This document shows, in pieces, positions 1 through 10,217 of a stretch of DNA of 64,000 nt. Position 1 is the first letter of the stretch, and every line of letters starts with the position of its first letter. The stretch is taken from positions 232,549 through 296,548 of the forward strand of contig DASSPH010000069.1 in NCBI GenBank assembly GCA_035699745.1. The letters run 5' to 3'. The DNA is from Vicinamibacterales bacterium (GTDB taxonomy: Bacteria; Acidobacteriota; Vicinamibacteria; Vicinamibacterales; 2-12-FULL-66-21). Under the pieces are notes generated by a model. That model searched no databases. It was given only the letters and a program-made list of their open reading frames with translations, and was not told where the DNA came from. The position numbers and the translations under genes were made by a program.

Positions 1-72
1 GGCGGCGGCGGATTCGTGTCTCCCGACGCGGCGGCGACGCCGGAACCGAAGAAGCCGGGAGGCGGGCTGTGA
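1..72 (+). CDS. 3' end of an upstream CDS (partial, product unknown)
   Basis: Frame is open from the window edge and ends ...KKPGGGL-stop. The TGA at 70-72 overlaps the GTG start of the next gene (GTGA). Too short to identify. Confidence 0.3.
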   Translation, partial: GGGGFVSPDAAATPEPKKPGGGL

Positions 73-980
73 AGCGCGCCGCCGCGTGCCTGCTCGCGGC
101 ATCGCTCTGCACGGCCGCGCCGGCGTACGCGCAGTACGCCGCGGGACCGCAGCGCCCGAACCCGGTCAATCAGAAGCCGGAGATCCTGAAGAACGTCGGC
201 ATCGATCAGAAGATCGGGCAGCAGCTGCCGCTGGATCTGACGTTCAAGAACGAGGCCGGACGCGACGTGCGCCTCGGCGAGTTCTTCACCGGCCGGCCGG
301 TCGTGCTCGCGCTCGCCTACTACGACTGCCCGATGCTCTGCACGCAGGTGCTGAACGGCATGACCGGCGCGCTCAAGACGCTGTCGTTCGACGCCGGCAG
401 GGACTTCGAGGTCGTCGTCGTCAGCATCGATCCGCGCGACAACTTCCAGGTCGCGGCGCACAAGAAGGCGTCGTACGTCGAGCACTACGGCCGGCCGCAG
501 ACCGCGGCGGGCTGGCACTTCCTGACCGGCGCCGAGAGCGCGATCAAGCCGCTGGCGGACGCGCTCGGCTTCCGCTACGTCTACGACGCCAACATCAAGC
601 AGTACGCGCACGGCGCGGCGATTTACGTCGCCACGCCCAAGGGCGTGGTATCGCGCTACCTGCTGGGCATCGATTTCGCGCCGCGCGATCTGCGCCTGGC
701 GCTGGTCGAGGCGTCGAACAACGTGCTCGGCAGCGTCGTGGATCAAGTGCTGCTGCTCTGTTATCACTACGATCCGACGACGGGGAAGTACGGCGCGGCG
801 ACGATCAACGCGGTCAGGATAGGGTTCCTCGCCACCGTCACCGGGTTCCTGGCGTTTCTGTTCGTCAGCCTGAAGCGCGAGCGGCTCCACGGGCACGGCG
901 CTGACACGACGGCGCGCACGAGCGCAGCGAGAGAGCGTGAGGGGGAGCCCGCGGGGCGACGCCCCTCGGATATAGCCTAG
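69..980 (+). CDS. SCO1/SenC family copper chaperone (cytochrome oxidase assembly)
   Basis: 303 aa with a signal-like N-terminus and the thioredoxin-fold CxxxC copper motif (YYDCPMLCTQ). A hydrophobic segment lies near the C-terminus. The gene sits directly upstream of the cox genes. Confidence 0.9.
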   Translation: MKRAAACLLAASLCTAAPAYAQYAAGPQRPNPVNQKPEILKNVGIDQKIGQQLPLDLTFKNEAGRDVRLGEFFTGRPVVLALAYYDCPMLCTQVLNGMTGALKTLSFDAGRDFEVVVVSIDPRDNFQVAAHKKASYVEHYGRPQTAAGWHFLTGAESAIKPLADALGFRYVYDANIKQYAHGAAIYVATPKGVVSRYLLGIDFAPRDLRLALVEASNNVLGSVVDQVLLLCYHYDPTTGKYGAATINAVRIGFLATVTGFLAFLFVSLKRERLHGHGADTTARTSAAREREGEPAGRRPSDIA

Positions 981-1955
981 ATGTTCACGAACTTTCCCTT
1001 CTTCCCGCAGCAGGCGTCCGAGCAGGCCGCGACGATGGACGCGCTGTACTTCTTCCTGGTCGCGGTCACGGCGTTCTTCACGCTGCTGATCGCGGTCCTG
1101 GTCACGGTCTTCGCGATCAAGTTCCGCCGCCGACACGACACCGAGGTCGGCGAGGCGATTCACGGATCGCTGGCTCTCGAGCTGCTGTGGACCTTCATCC
1201 CGCTCGGCATCTGCATGATCATGTTCGTGTGGGGCGCGCAGGTGTTCTTCCACATGACGCGGCCGCCCAAGGGGGCGATGGAGATCTACGTCGTCGGCAA
1301 GCAGTGGATGTGGAAGGCGCAGCACATGGACGGCGCCTCCGAGATCAACGAGCTCCACGTGCCGGTCGGCCGCCCGGTGAAGCTGACGCTGGGGTCCGAG
1401 GACGTCATCCACAGCTTCTTCATTCCCGACTTCCGCGCCAAGGCCGACGTCATCCCCGGGCGCTACAACACGATGTGGTTCACCGCCAGCAAGCCGGGCA
1501 GATACCACATCTTCTGCACCCAGTACTGCGGCACCAAGCACTCGGCGATGATCGGCACGGTCACCGCGCTCGAGCCCGCGGCGTACCAGGCGTGGCTGGG
1601 CGGCGGCGCGGCCGGCGGCACGATGGCGGAGGCCGGCGCCAAGCTGTTCGCGGATCTCTCGTGCAACACCTGCCACATGGACACGAACCAGGGGCGCGGC
1701 CCGGTGCTGAAGGGCATCTACGGCAAGCAGGCGCTGCTGGCCTCGGGGCAGTCGGTGACGGTCGACGACGCCTACATCCGCGAGTCGATCCTGAATCCGC
1801 AGGCTAAGATCGTCGCCGGCTTCCAGCCGATCATGCCGACGTTCCAGGGGCTGGTCACCGAAGAGCAGATCCTGCAGTTGATCGCCTACCTGAAATCGCT
1901 CAACGGATCGACGGCCACGGCGACCACCGGCACCGGCACGCCGGAGGTGAAGTAA
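981..1955 (+). CDS. ctaC: cytochrome c oxidase subunit II with fused C-terminal cytochrome c (caa3-type)
   Basis: Two N-terminal TM helices. CuA centre motifs HSFFIPDFR and [13 protein letters not shown]-terminal CNTCH haem c site. The ATG directly follows the SCO stop codon. Confidence 0.95.
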   Translation: MFTNFPFFPQQASEQAATMDALYFFLVAVTAFFTLLIAVLVTVFAIKFRRRHDTEVGEAIHGSLALELLWTFIPLGICMIMFVWGAQVFFHMTRPPKGAMEIYVVGKQWMWKAQHMDGASEINELHVPVGRPVKLTLGSEDVIHSFFIPDFRAKADVIPGRYNTMWFTASKPGRYHIFCTQYCGTKHSAMIGTVTALEPAAYQAWLGGGAAGGTMAEAGAKLFADLSCNTCHMDTNQGRGPVLKGIYGKQALLASGQSVTVDDAYIRESILNPQAKIVAGFQPIMPTFQGLVTEEQILQLIAYLKSLNGSTATATTGTGTPEVK

Positions 1956-1957
1956 TT

Positions 1958-3571
1958 ATGGCAACCACAGCGGCTCCCCTGAATTACCTGAACAACGGCT
2001 ACGGCGCGGCGTCGTGGCTGTTGACCAGGGATCACAAGCGCATCGCGCTGCTCTACCTGTACTCGATCACCGCCTTCTTCTTCCTCGGCGGCTTCTTCGC
2101 GCTGCTGATCCGGCTGGAGCTGCTGACGCCCGCCGCCGACATGGTCGCGCCGGACATGTACAACCGGCTGTTCACCATGCACGGCGTGGTGATGGTGTTC
2201 TTCTTCCTGATCCCGTCGATTCCCGCGGTGCTCGGCAACTTCCTGATCCCGATCATGGTCGGGGCGAAAGACCTCGCGTTCCCGCGCATCAACCTGCTCA
2301 GCTGGTACATCTACGTCCTCGGCGGGCTGTTCACGATCGTCGCGGCGATCTCGGGCGGGGTCGACACCGGGTGGACGTTCTACGCGCCCTACAGCACGAG
2401 CGCGTCGAACTCGCACGTCATCCTGGCGGGAGTCGGCATCTTCATCACCGGCTTCTCGTCGATCCTGACCGGACTGAACTTCATCGTCACGGTGCACCGG
2501 ATGCGCGCGCCGGGGCTCACCTGGTTCCGCCTGCCGCTGTTCGTCTGGGCGCACTACGCGACCAGCCTGATCATGATTCTCGGCACGCCGGTGATCGCGA
2601 TCACGGTGCTGCTGGTGGCGGTCGAGCGCGGCCTGCACCTCGGCATCTTCGATCCGGCGCTCGGCGGCGATCCGATCCTCTTCCAGCACCTGTTCTGGTT
2701 CTACTCGCACCCGGCGGTCTACATCATGATCCTGCCGGCGATGGGGGTGGTCAGCGAGCTGGTGCAGGCGTTCGCGCGCAAGAACATCTTCGGCTATTCG
2801 TTCGTCGCGTTCTCGAGCCTCGCGATCGCGGTGATCGGGTTCCTCGTCTGGGGGCATCACCTGTTCGTCGCCGGGCAGTCGACATACGCCGGGCTGGTGT
2901 TCTCGCTGATCAGCTTCTTCGTCGCCATTCCCTCCGCGGTGAAGGTCTTCAACTGGACGGCGACGCTCTACAAAGGATCGGTGTCGTGGGACTCGCCGAT
3001 GCTCTACGCCTTCGGCTTCATCGGCCTGTTCACGATCGGCGGGCTGACGGGGCTGTTCCTGGCGACGCTCGGCATGGACATCCACATGCACGACACGTAT
3101 TTCATCATCGCGCACTTCCACTACGTCATGGTCGGCGGCGCGATCTTCGGGTACCTGGGCGGCCTGCACTACTGGTGGCCCAAGATCACCGGGCGGATGT
3201 ACCCGGAAGGCTGGGCCAAGTTCGCGGCGCTGAACATCTTCGTCGGGTTCAACCTGACGTTCTTCCCGCAGTTCATCGTCGGCTACCTCGGCATGCCGCG
3301 CCGCTACGCGATGTACGCGCCGGAGTTCCAGGTCTACAACGTGCTGTCCACCGCCGGAGCGACGATTCTCGGCGTCGGCTACCTGATCCCGATGATCTAC
3401 TTCGCGTGGTCGCTGAAGCACGCGCCGCGCGCCGGTGACAACCCGTGGGGGGCGCGCGGGCTGGAATGGGAGATCCCGTCTCCGCCGCCGACCGAGAACT
3501 TCACCGCGACACCGATCGTGACCGAAGGCACGCACCAGTACGCGCCGAGCCGGGAGGTTGGCATTGTCTGA
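1958..3571 (+). CDS. ctaD: cytochrome c oxidase subunit I
   Basis: 537 aa polytopic haem-copper oxidase. Motifs [21 protein letters not shown] and AHFHYVM. GGAGG lies 8 nt upstream of the ATG. Confidence 0.97.
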   Translation: MATTAAPLNYLNNGYGAASWLLTRDHKRIALLYLYSITAFFFLGGFFALLIRLELLTPAADMVAPDMYNRLFTMHGVVMVFFFLIPSIPAVLGNFLIPIMVGAKDLAFPRINLLSWYIYVLGGLFTIVAAISGGVDTGWTFYAPYSTSASNSHVILAGVGIFITGFSSILTGLNFIVTVHRMRAPGLTWFRLPLFVWAHYATSLIMILGTPVIAITVLLVAVERGLHLGIFDPALGGDPILFQHLFWFYSHPAVYIMILPAMGVVSELVQAFARKNIFGYSFVAFSSLAIAVIGFLVWGHHLFVAGQSTYAGLVFSLISFFVAIPSAVKVFNWTATLYKGSVSWDSPMLYAFGFIGLFTIGGLTGLFLATLGMDIHMHDTYFIIAHFHYVMVGGAIFGYLGGLHYWWPKITGRMYPEGWAKFAALNIFVGFNLTFFPQFIVGYLGMPRRYAMYAPEFQVYNVLSTAGATILGVGYLIPMIYFAWSLKHAPRAGDNPWGARGLEWEIPSPPPTENFTATPIVTEGTHQYAPSREVGIV

Positions 3572-4289
3572 CGCGCCGTCCGCATACCAGCCGCCGCCCG
3601 TCGCGATTCATCCGGCGGGCCACGGCCATACGCCGCATCATCCGTACCTGCAGCACCACTTCGACAGCATGGCGCAGCAGGCGGAGGCGTCCACGCTCGG
3701 CATGTGGACGTTCCTGGTCACCGAGATCATGTTCTTCGGCGGCCTGTTCATGGCGTACCTGGTCTACCGCTACTACTCGCCGATGGGATTCCAGGAGGCG
3801 AGCCACCACCTGGACGTCTTCTGGGGCACGCTCAATACCGCGCTCCTCATCATCAGCTCGCTGACCATGGCGCTGGCCGTGCGCTCGGCGCAGACCAGCC
3901 AGCCGGCGATGACGCAGGTGAAGTGGCTCGTGGCGACGATGCTGCTCGGCCTGGGGTTCCTCGGCATCAAGGTGATCGAGTACACCGACAAGTTCACCCA
4001 CCACCTGGTGCCCGGTCCGAACTTCCGCTGGGAAGGGCTCTATCCGAAGCCGGCGGAGCAGTTCTATTCGCTCTACTTCGCGATGACGGGGCTCCACGCG
4101 CTGCACATGATCATCGGCATCGGCATCATGCTGGTCATCACGTGGATGGCGTGGCGCCGAACGTTCGACAGCGAATACTACACACCGGTCGAAGTCGCGG
4201 GCCTCTACTGGCACTTCGTCGACATCGTCTGGATTTTCCTGTTCCCGCTGCTCTATCTGATCGGCCGGCACTTCCATCCGGGGGCGTAG
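3558..4289 (+). CDS. ctaE: cytochrome c oxidase subunit III
   Basis: 243 aa with motifs [12 protein letters not shown] and [13 protein letters not shown]. Start is the TTG at 3558, or the in-frame TTG at 3564, which is better spaced from GGGAGG at 3552-3557. Overlaps the ctaD stop. Confidence 0.92.
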   Translation: MALSDAPSAYQPPPVAIHPAGHGHTPHHPYLQHHFDSMAQQAEASTLGMWTFLVTEIMFFGGLFMAYLVYRYYSPMGFQEASHHLDVFWGTLNTALLIISSLTMALAVRSAQTSQPAMTQVKWLVATMLLGLGFLGIKVIEYTDKFTHHLVPGPNFRWEGLYPKPAEQFYSLYFAMTGLHALHMIIGIGIMLVITWMAWRRTFDSEYYTPVEVAGLYWHFVDIVWIFLFPLLYLIGRHFHPGA

Positions 4290-4589
4290 ATGTCAGGGCA
4301 CGTAGCGCCAAAGACCATGTATTACGCGGTGTTCGCCGCGTTGATCGTCGGCACCGCGCTGACCGTCGCGGTCGCGTTCGTCGATCTCGGCGCGCTGAAC
4401 AACGTCGTCATGCTGACGATCGCGGTCACCAAGGCGACGCTGGTGGTGCTGTATTTCATGCACGTGCGCTGGAGCACGCGGCTCACCTGGGTCGTCGCCG
4501 CATCCGGCTTCTTCTGGCTGCTCATCCTGTTCGGCTTGACGATGCAGGACTATCTCACTCGAGGCTGGGTGCCCGGTACCTGGCGCTGA
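4290..4589 (+). CDS. cytochrome c oxidase subunit IV family protein (small 3-TM subunit)
   Basis: 99 aa with three hydrophobic helices and the KATLVVLYFMH motif typical of bacterial caa3 subunit IV. The ATG abuts the ctaE stop. Confidence 0.8.
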   Translation: MSGHVAPKTMYYAVFAALIVGTALTVAVAFVDLGALNNVVMLTIAVTKATLVVLYFMHVRWSTRLTWVVAASGFFWLLILFGLTMQDYLTRGWVPGTWR

Positions 4590-4625
4590 GCTGACCTCTG
4601 CCCGCTCGCGGGCGGCGCGAGCCTC

Positions 4626-4754
4626 CTACCGCGGCGGCTCCGGCGGACGTCTGGTCGAGTTGGCGTCGGTCGGCACCCGCCGGAAGGTGAACCACGCCGC
4701 CGCCGCGATGATCACCGCGGCAATCACATAAGGAAGCCACGTCAGATCGCCCAT
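4626..4754 (-). CDS. possible small single-TM protein (42 aa)
   Basis: Sequence MGDLTWLPYVIAAVIIAAAAWFTFRRVPTDANSTRRPPEPPR. GGAGG lies 5 nt upstream of the ATG. Third codon positions are GC-rich. It is the C-terminal tail of a long spurious ORF in the track. No homology was recognised. Confidence 0.3.
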   Translation of the reverse strand: MGDLTWLPYVIAAVIIAAAAWFTFRRVPTDANSTRRPPEPPR

Positions 4755-4946
4755 TCCGACCTCCGCGGCGGGGGAAGCGAGATCGATGCCGGGGAGACAA
4801 GCTCCGCCTTGCCGAAAGCTCCGGCGGCCGGTCCGCCGTTCGCCGCCAATCGGCCGCCACTCGCCGGGTTCGGTGACCTCTGGGCCGCTCCGGCCCGTAT
4901 TGTCTATACTGATAGCTTCGCCACACTTTCGTGGTCTTCGATCTCC

Positions 4947-6182
4947 ATGACTGACCTTTCCAAGGATCTGGCCGCGCTGCGCATCCCACAGGAAGAGCGC
5001 AGCGGCGGGCGCGGCAAGCCGCTCGTCGCCGCGATCGTCGTGCTTCTCCTGGGCGCGCTCGGCTGGGGCGGCTGGTACTGGGCCACCAGGCTGCAGGCCG
5101 CGCCGGTGAAGGCGGCCTCGGCGACCGCCAAGGCCGGAGGGCCGTCGGCCCCCGGAGCGGTGCTGAACGCGTCCGGCTACGTGACGGCGCGCCGCCGCGC
5201 GACGGTCTCGTCGAAGGTCACCGGCAAGGTGGTGAACGTCCTGATCGAGGAAGGCCAGCCGGTGAAGGCGGGGCAGATCCTCGCCACGCTCGACGACACC
5301 CAGGTTCGTGCGGCGCTGGCGCACGCGGAGGCGCAGCTCGCGTCGGCCCGCAAGAGCTTCGCGGAAGACCAGGCGCGCCTGCGGCAGGCGGAACTCAACC
5401 TCGGACGGCGGCAGCAACTGCTGAAGGAGCGCGTCGTCGGGCGCGCGGAGCTGGACGACGCGCAGGCGGAAGTCGACGCGCTGAAGGCGCGGATCGCGTA
5501 CGCGGAGCAGCAGATCGGCGTCGCCGAGAGCCAGGTGAACCTGCAGAAGACCAACCTCGCCGACATGGTGGTGCGCGCGCCGTTCAGCGGCATCGCGATC
5601 TCGAAGGACGCGCAGCCGGGGGAGATGATCTCGCCGGTGTCGGCCGGCGGCGGCTTCACCCGCACCGGCATCGGGACCATCGTCGACATGTCGTCCCTCG
5701 AGATCGAGGTGGACGTCAACGAGACCTACATCAACCGCGTCAGCCGCGGCCAGAAGGTCGAGGCCGTGCTCGACGCGTATCAGGACTGGCGGATTCCGGC
5801 GCACGTGATCACGACGATTCCGACCGCCGACCGGCAGAAAGCGACGGTCCGGGTGCGGATCGGGTTCGACCAGCTCGGCGATCCGCGGATCCTGCCGGAC
5901 ATGGGCGTCAAGGTGTCGTTCCTCCGCGACGCCCCGGCGGCGGGGGCCGACGCCGCCCCGGTCGTACCGCGCGTGCTGGTGCCAAAGGCGGCGGTGCGGA
6001 GCGAGAACGGCCGTTCGATCGTGTTCGTCATCAAGGAGGGTCGCGTCGAGCGGCGCGCCGTGAGCGTCGGTCAGGAGACCGGCGATCAGATCGAAGTGCT
6101 CTCCGGCTTGACCGCCGGCGAGCGCGTCGTCACCGACGGACCGCCAACCCTCAAGGACGGCGACAAGGTAAAGGTGCTGTAG
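4947..6182 (+). CDS. efflux transporter periplasmic adaptor subunit (HlyD/MacA family)
   Basis: N-terminal TM helix (LVAAIVVLLLGALGWGGWYW), then a long coiled-coil hairpin and beta-barrel domains. Start set at the internal ATG 4947 (MTDLSKDLAALRIPQEE), not the track start at 4809. The next gene is an ABC ATPase. Confidence 0.88.
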   Translation: MTDLSKDLAALRIPQEERSGGRGKPLVAAIVVLLLGALGWGGWYWATRLQAAPVKAASATAKAGGPSAPGAVLNASGYVTARRRATVSSKVTGKVVNVLIEEGQPVKAGQILATLDDTQVRAALAHAEAQLASARKSFAEDQARLRQAELNLGRRQQLLKERVVGRAELDDAQAEVDALKARIAYAEQQIGVAESQVNLQKTNLADMVVRAPFSGIAISKDAQPGEMISPVSAGGGFTRTGIGTIVDMSSLEIEVDVNETYINRVSRGQKVEAVLDAYQDWRIPAHVITTIPTADRQKATVRVRIGFDQLGDPRILPDMGVKVSFLRDAPAAGADAAPVVPRVLVPKAAVRSENGRSIVFVIKEGRVERRAVSVGQETGDQIEVLSGLTAGERVVTDGPPTLKDGDKVKVL

Positions 6183-6875
6183 ATGTCACAAACCCTCGTC
6201 ACGGTTCGCAATCTGCACAAGGTGTTTCAGCGCGGCGGGCAGCGCATCGACGTGCTGCAGGGAGTCGACCTGGACATCCCGCAGGGGGACTACCTCGCGT
6301 TGATGGGCCCGTCGGGCTCGGGCAAGACGACGCTGCTCAACCTGCTCGGCGGCCTCGACACACCCACTGAAGGGTCGATCGAGGTCGCGGGCGACCGGCT
6401 CGACAAGCTGTCGGGCGCGAAGCTCGCGGCGTGGCGCGCGCGCCACATCGGGTTCGTGTTCCAGCTGTACAACCTGCTGCCGGTGCTGACGGCGGCGCGG
6501 AACGTCGAACTGCCGCTGCTGCTGACGAAGCTGAAGAAGGCGGATCGCATGAACCGGGTCCGGGTGGCGCTCTCCGTCGTCGGCCTCGGCGACCGCATGC
6601 ACCACTATCCGCGCCAGCTGTCGGGCGGCCAGGAGCAGCGCGTCGGCATCGCGCGCGCGATCGTGACCGACCCGACGCTGCTGCTGTGCGACGAGCCGAC
6701 CGGCGACCTGGATCGGAAGTCGGGGGACGAGATCCTCGAGCTGCTCGAAGTCCTCAATCGCGATCACGGCAAGACGATCGTGATGGTCACGCACGATCCG
6801 CACGCCGCGGCGCGCGCGAAGCGGACGCTGCACCTCGAGAAGGGCGTTCTGGTGAAGACGGAGGCAGCGGCATGA
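6183..6875 (+). CDS. ABC transporter ATP-binding protein (MacB/LolD type)
   Basis: Walker [10 protein letters not shown], signature [14 protein letters not shown], Walker [14 protein letters not shown]-loop THD. Confidence 0.95.
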   Translation: MSQTLVTVRNLHKVFQRGGQRIDVLQGVDLDIPQGDYLALMGPSGSGKTTLLNLLGGLDTPTEGSIEVAGDRLDKLSGAKLAAWRARHIGFVFQLYNLLPVLTAARNVELPLLLTKLKKADRMNRVRVALSVVGLGDRMHHYPRQLSGGQEQRVGIARAIVTDPTLLLCDEPTGDLDRKSGDEILELLEVLNRDHGKTIVMVTHDPHAAARAKRTLHLEKGVLVKTEAAA

Positions 6876-8032
6876 AGTTCCTGCACATCGTCTGGCGGAA
6901 CCTGATGCGGCGGAAGATCCGGACGATCTTCACGCTGCTGTCGATCTTCGTCTCGTTCGTGCTGTTCGGCTACCTGATGGCGATCCGCAGCGCGTTCAGC
7001 ATGGGCATCGACCTGGCCGGCGCCGATCGGTTGATGGTGCTGAACAAGATTTCGATCATCATGCCGCTGCCGGTGAGCTACAAGGAGCGGATCAAGCAGA
7101 TCGAAGGGGTCAAGGAAGTCACGTTCGCCAACTGGTTCGGCGGCTACTACCAGGAAACCAGGAACCAGTTCCCCAACATGGCGGTGGACGCGGAGAACTG
7201 GTTCAAGATGTACAGCGAGTTCGCCGTTCCCGAAGATCAGATGAAGGCGTGGCTCGCCGACCGCCAGGGAGCGATCATCGGCGCCGATCTCGCCAGGCGC
7301 TTCGGATGGAAGGTCGGCGATCGCGTGCCGCTGCAGGCGACGATTTTCGCCCGCCCCGATCGACGCGCCTGGGAGTTCAACATCTCCGGGATCTACGACT
7401 CGCCGGTCAAGGGGACCGACAAGACGCAGTTGTTCTTCCACTGGGAGTTGCTGAACGAGGTGCTGCGGAACACGCAGTTCGGGAACCAGGTCGGCTGGTA
7501 CGTGATCAAGGTGAACGATCCGGAGCAGTCACCCGGAGTGGCGAAGACGGTGGACACGATGTTCGCCAACTCGCCTACCGAGACCAAGACCGACAGCGAG
7601 AAGAACTTCATCGCCGGGTGGGCCAAGCAGATCGGCAACATCAGCCTGATCACGCAGCTGGTGGCCGCCGCGGCGCTCTTCATGATGCTGCTGGTGACCG
7701 CCAACACGATGGCGCAGTCGATCCGCGAGCGGACGAGCGAGCTGGCGGTCCTCAAGACGCTCGGCTTCGGCGACGGCCGGGTGCTGTCGCTGGTGCTGAT
7801 GGAGTCGTGCGTGCTCGCCCTGGTCGGCGGCATCGCGGGCATCGCCGTGTCATGGGCGCTGGTCACGATCGGCGGCGACCCGACCGGAGCGTTTCTGCCG
7901 CAGTTCCTGTTCCCGCCGAAGGACGTGGTCATCGGCGTGCTGATGGTGGTGGCGCTCGGATTCGCCGCCGGCGCCATCCCGGCGCTGCAGGCGCAGCGCC
8001 TGCGCATCGTCGATGCGCTGAGGAGAACGTAG
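6872..8032 (+). CDS. ABC transporter permease (FtsX/MacB-like, 4 TM with periplasmic domain)
   Basis: Starts [20 protein letters not shown], with an ATGA overlap on the ATPase stop. Large periplasmic domain and a C-terminal FtsX-type 3-TM bundle. The track ORF from 6431 is an out-of-gene extension. Confidence 0.9.
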   Translation: MKFLHIVWRNLMRRKIRTIFTLLSIFVSFVLFGYLMAIRSAFSMGIDLAGADRLMVLNKISIIMPLPVSYKERIKQIEGVKEVTFANWFGGYYQETRNQFPNMAVDAENWFKMYSEFAVPEDQMKAWLADRQGAIIGADLARRFGWKVGDRVPLQATIFARPDRRAWEFNISGIYDSPVKGTDKTQLFFHWELLNEVLRNTQFGNQVGWYVIKVNDPEQSPGVAKTVDTMFANSPTETKTDSEKNFIAGWAKQIGNISLITQLVAAAALFMMLLVTANTMAQSIRERTSELAVLKTLGFGDGRVLSLVLMESCVLALVGGIAGIAVSWALVTIGGDPTGAFLPQFLFPPKDVVIGVLMVVALGFAAGAIPALQAQRLRIVDALRRT

Positions 8033-8035
8033 GGC

Positions 8036-9217
8036 ATGCTCTCTCAGATCGTCGCGGTCTCCGCCGTCAACTTCCGATCGCTGCGGCAGCGGCTCGGGTC
8101 GTCGACCGTCGCCATCATCGGCATCGCCGGCGTGGTGGTGGTGTTCCTCGGCGTGCTGTCGATCGCCGAGGGATTCCGCGCCGCGATGGCGGGGGTCGGC
8201 GATCCGCAGACGGTCATCGTGATGCGCGCGGGCAGCGACACCGAGATGACCAGCGGGCTCAGCGGCGACACCGCCCGGCTGATCATGGACACGCCGGGAA
8301 TCGCGCGCAACGAGCGCGGGCCCGTCGCCTCCCCCGAGCTGTTCGTGATCGTCGGGCACCCGACGAAGAAGGACCCGAGCGACGCCAACGTGCCGCTGCG
8401 CGGCGTGTCGAGCGCGGCGCTGCAGGTGCGCCCGGAGATCCGCATCGTCGAAGGACGGATGTTCACCGAGGGCACCAACGAGATCGTCGTCGGGCGGGCG
8501 GCGTCGCGGCAGTTCGCCAATCTCGACGTCGGCTCGCAGACCCGGTGGGGGCAGAACAACTGGAAGGTCGTCGGCATCTTCGAAGCGAACGGCAGCGCCG
8601 CCGAGTCGGAGATCTGGTGCGACGCGAGAGTGCTGCAGCCGGCGTATCAGCGCGGCAACAGCTACCAGTCGGTCTACGTCCGGCTCGAAAGCCCTGAGGG
8701 CTTCCAGGCGTTCAAGGACGCGCTGACGTCCAACCCGCAGCTCTCGGTGACGGCGATCCGCGAGCCCGATTACTTCGCGGCGCAGTCCGACGTGCTGAAC
8801 AGCATCATCACGACGATCGGTTTCCTCATCGCCGGACTGATGGGCATCGGCGCCGTGTTCGGCGCGGTGAACACGATGTACACCGCGGTCGCGAGCCGCA
8901 CGCGCGAGATCGCGACGCTGCGCGCCCTCGGCTTCGGCAATTTCCCCGTCGTGTTTTCGGTGCTCAGCGAGGCGGTGATCCTCAGCCTGGTGGGGGGCGT
9001 GATCGGGGGTCTGCTCGCCTGGATCGCCTTCGACGGCTACCAGACGTCGACGATGAACTTCCAGTCGTTCAGCCAGGTGGCGTTCGCGTTCGCGGTCACG
9101 CCGAAACTGCTCGGCACCGCGCTCGTCTACGCGCTGCTGATGGGCCTGGTCGGCGGGATGCTGCCGGCGATCCGCGCCGCTCGACTCCCGGTCGTAACGG
9201 CGCTTCGAGAGCTGTGA
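8036..9217 (+). CDS. ABC transporter permease (FtsX/MacB-like), second copy
   Basis: 393 aa with the same architecture as the preceding gene (SLRQRLGSSTVAIIGIAGVV..., C-terminal FtsX bundle). Confidence 0.9.
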   Translation: MLSQIVAVSAVNFRSLRQRLGSSTVAIIGIAGVVVVFLGVLSIAEGFRAAMAGVGDPQTVIVMRAGSDTEMTSGLSGDTARLIMDTPGIARNERGPVASPELFVIVGHPTKKDPSDANVPLRGVSSAALQVRPEIRIVEGRMFTEGTNEIVVGRAASRQFANLDVGSQTRWGQNNWKVVGIFEANGSAAESEIWCDARVLQPAYQRGNSYQSVYVRLESPEGFQAFKDALTSNPQLSVTAIREPDYFAAQSDVLNSIITTIGFLIAGLMGIGAVFGAVNTMYTAVASRTREIATLRALGFGNFPVVFSVLSEAVILSLVGGVIGGLLAWIAFDGYQTSTMNFQSFSQVAFAFAVTPKLLGTALVYALLMGLVGGMLPAIRAARLPVVTALREL

Positions 9218-9250
9218 GCTGTCAGCTGGAAGCTGAGAGCTGAGAGCTGA
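9209..9250. repeat. six tandem heptamers (GAGCTGT x2, CAGCTGG, AAGCTGA, GAGCTGA x2)
   Basis: Read directly from the sequence. The array starts in the last codons of the permease gene and includes its TGA at 9215-9217. Confidence 0.85.
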
Positions 9251-9290
9251 TTTCCGGCACGCCTCGTGAGTAACGCGTGGCGGAGGCTTT

Positions 9291-10049
9291 ATGCGCACCC
9301 CAGCGCTCTCGCTTGCTCTTGCCGTCCTGCTCAGCTCACGCATCTACGCCCAGGCCACCTGGCAACCTGCGGCGCCGCCGCTGGTTACGGCCGAGAACAC
9401 CACGTGGTATCAAGCGGCTGAACCTATCATCTGGAACGGCGACTACTACTATCCCGCCGGCGCCGTACAGGGCTTCAATCCGTATCAAATGGTACGGTCG
9501 GGTTCGTATCGCGGCATCCCGCTGTACACCGATGCGACGCTCGAGCCGTACAGCATCGTGTTCGTTCCCCTGAACGGCGCGCGGATGCAGCCGTACGAGC
9601 GCCGCCGCAGCGGTCAGCTCGCCGGGACGACCGGCAGCCGTACACCATCGCTTCCGACTGACATCGGCGCGGAGGGAGTCTCGCCGGCAATGACGCAGGC
9701 GCAGGGTCCGCCGGACTTCGCCCGTGCCTACGACGTGGCGCGCCTCGACGAACCGGCGCCGTTCGCCGCACCCGCCGATCTCCCGGTCGGCACCGCCGGC
9801 AGCGCCGCACCGCCCGTCCGGCCGGTCACGACGATCCTGCCGCCGACGGGCCTGAACGCGATCTGGATCGAATACAACGGCGAGCGGTGGTACGCGTCCG
9901 GACAATCGATCGCCTACGAAGCCGCCCGGCTGAACCGGGTCGGGTCCTACCGCGGATGGAGCGTCTATGCGCTGAAGAGCGATCCGCGCGCGGCGACGAT
10001 CTATGTCCCGTCCATTCCCGGACGTCTGGCGCCGTATTCCAGGAAGTGA
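9291..10049 (+). CDS. secreted hypothetical protein with internal duplication
   Basis: Signal peptide MRTPALSLALAVLLSSRIYAQA, with GGAGG upstream. The N- and C-terminal halves share a pattern (W..Y..G......VGSYRG...Y.......I(Y/F)VP....R..PY.R) and are separated by a Pro/Ala-rich linker. Confidence 0.7.
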   Translation: MRTPALSLALAVLLSSRIYAQATWQPAAPPLVTAENTTWYQAAEPIIWNGDYYYPAGAVQGFNPYQMVRSGSYRGIPLYTDATLEPYSIVFVPLNGARMQPYERRRSGQLAGTTGSRTPSLPTDIGAEGVSPAMTQAQGPPDFARAYDVARLDEPAPFAAPADLPVGTAGSAAPPVRPVTTILPPTGLNAIWIEYNGERWYASGQSIAYEAARLNRVGSYRGWSVYALKSDPRAATIYVPSIPGRLAPYSRK

Positions 10050-10061
10050 TTCGAGTAGAGT

Positions 10062-10094
10062 CGGGAGATTGAAGGCTTTCGCCTTCAACTCCCG
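10062..10094. terminator. strong stem-loop between convergent genes (14 bp stem, one bulged A, TTTC loop)
   Basis: CGGGAGATTGAAGGC-TTTC-GCCTTCAACTCCCG starts 13 nt after the stop at 10049. There is no U-tract on either side, so terminator function is inferred from position only. Confidence 0.45.
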
Positions 10095-10217
10095 ATCTGA
10101 GCCTGGCCGCGGGCTCCATTGGCCCGGGAACGAGGATGTGAGCCGGCCTTTTACGGCTGACGAGGCAGGTAGCCAGCCGGTCGACTCTGGTGGGATATGT
10201 GTTCGTTCGTCCCTTGG

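Noticed and set aside
4600-4613. GCCCGC-TC-GCGGGC palindrome after the cox operon, considered as a possible terminator.
   Set aside because: The loop is only 2 nt, the effective stem is short and there is no U-tract. It is too weak to call, though it lies between convergent ORFs.
4901-4910. TATACT box upstream of the adaptor gene, and a similar TATACT at 19750-19755 upstream of the PIG-L gene, considered as promoters.
   Set aside because: These are plausible -10 hexamers, but there is no acceptable -35 or correctly spaced TG. Isolated hexamers are not reported as features without supporting geometry.
4809-4946. N-terminal extensions of track ORFs: the adaptor from 4809, plus 6431, 22226, 22864, 24153, 28831, 30784, 40508, 50315, 55686 and 60795/61097.
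   Set aside because: The extensions overlap the preceding genes in another frame and have non-protein-like composition. Internal starts give canonical N-termini (signal peptides, Tat motifs, family-typical first residues), often with an RBS or a 4-nt overlap coupling.
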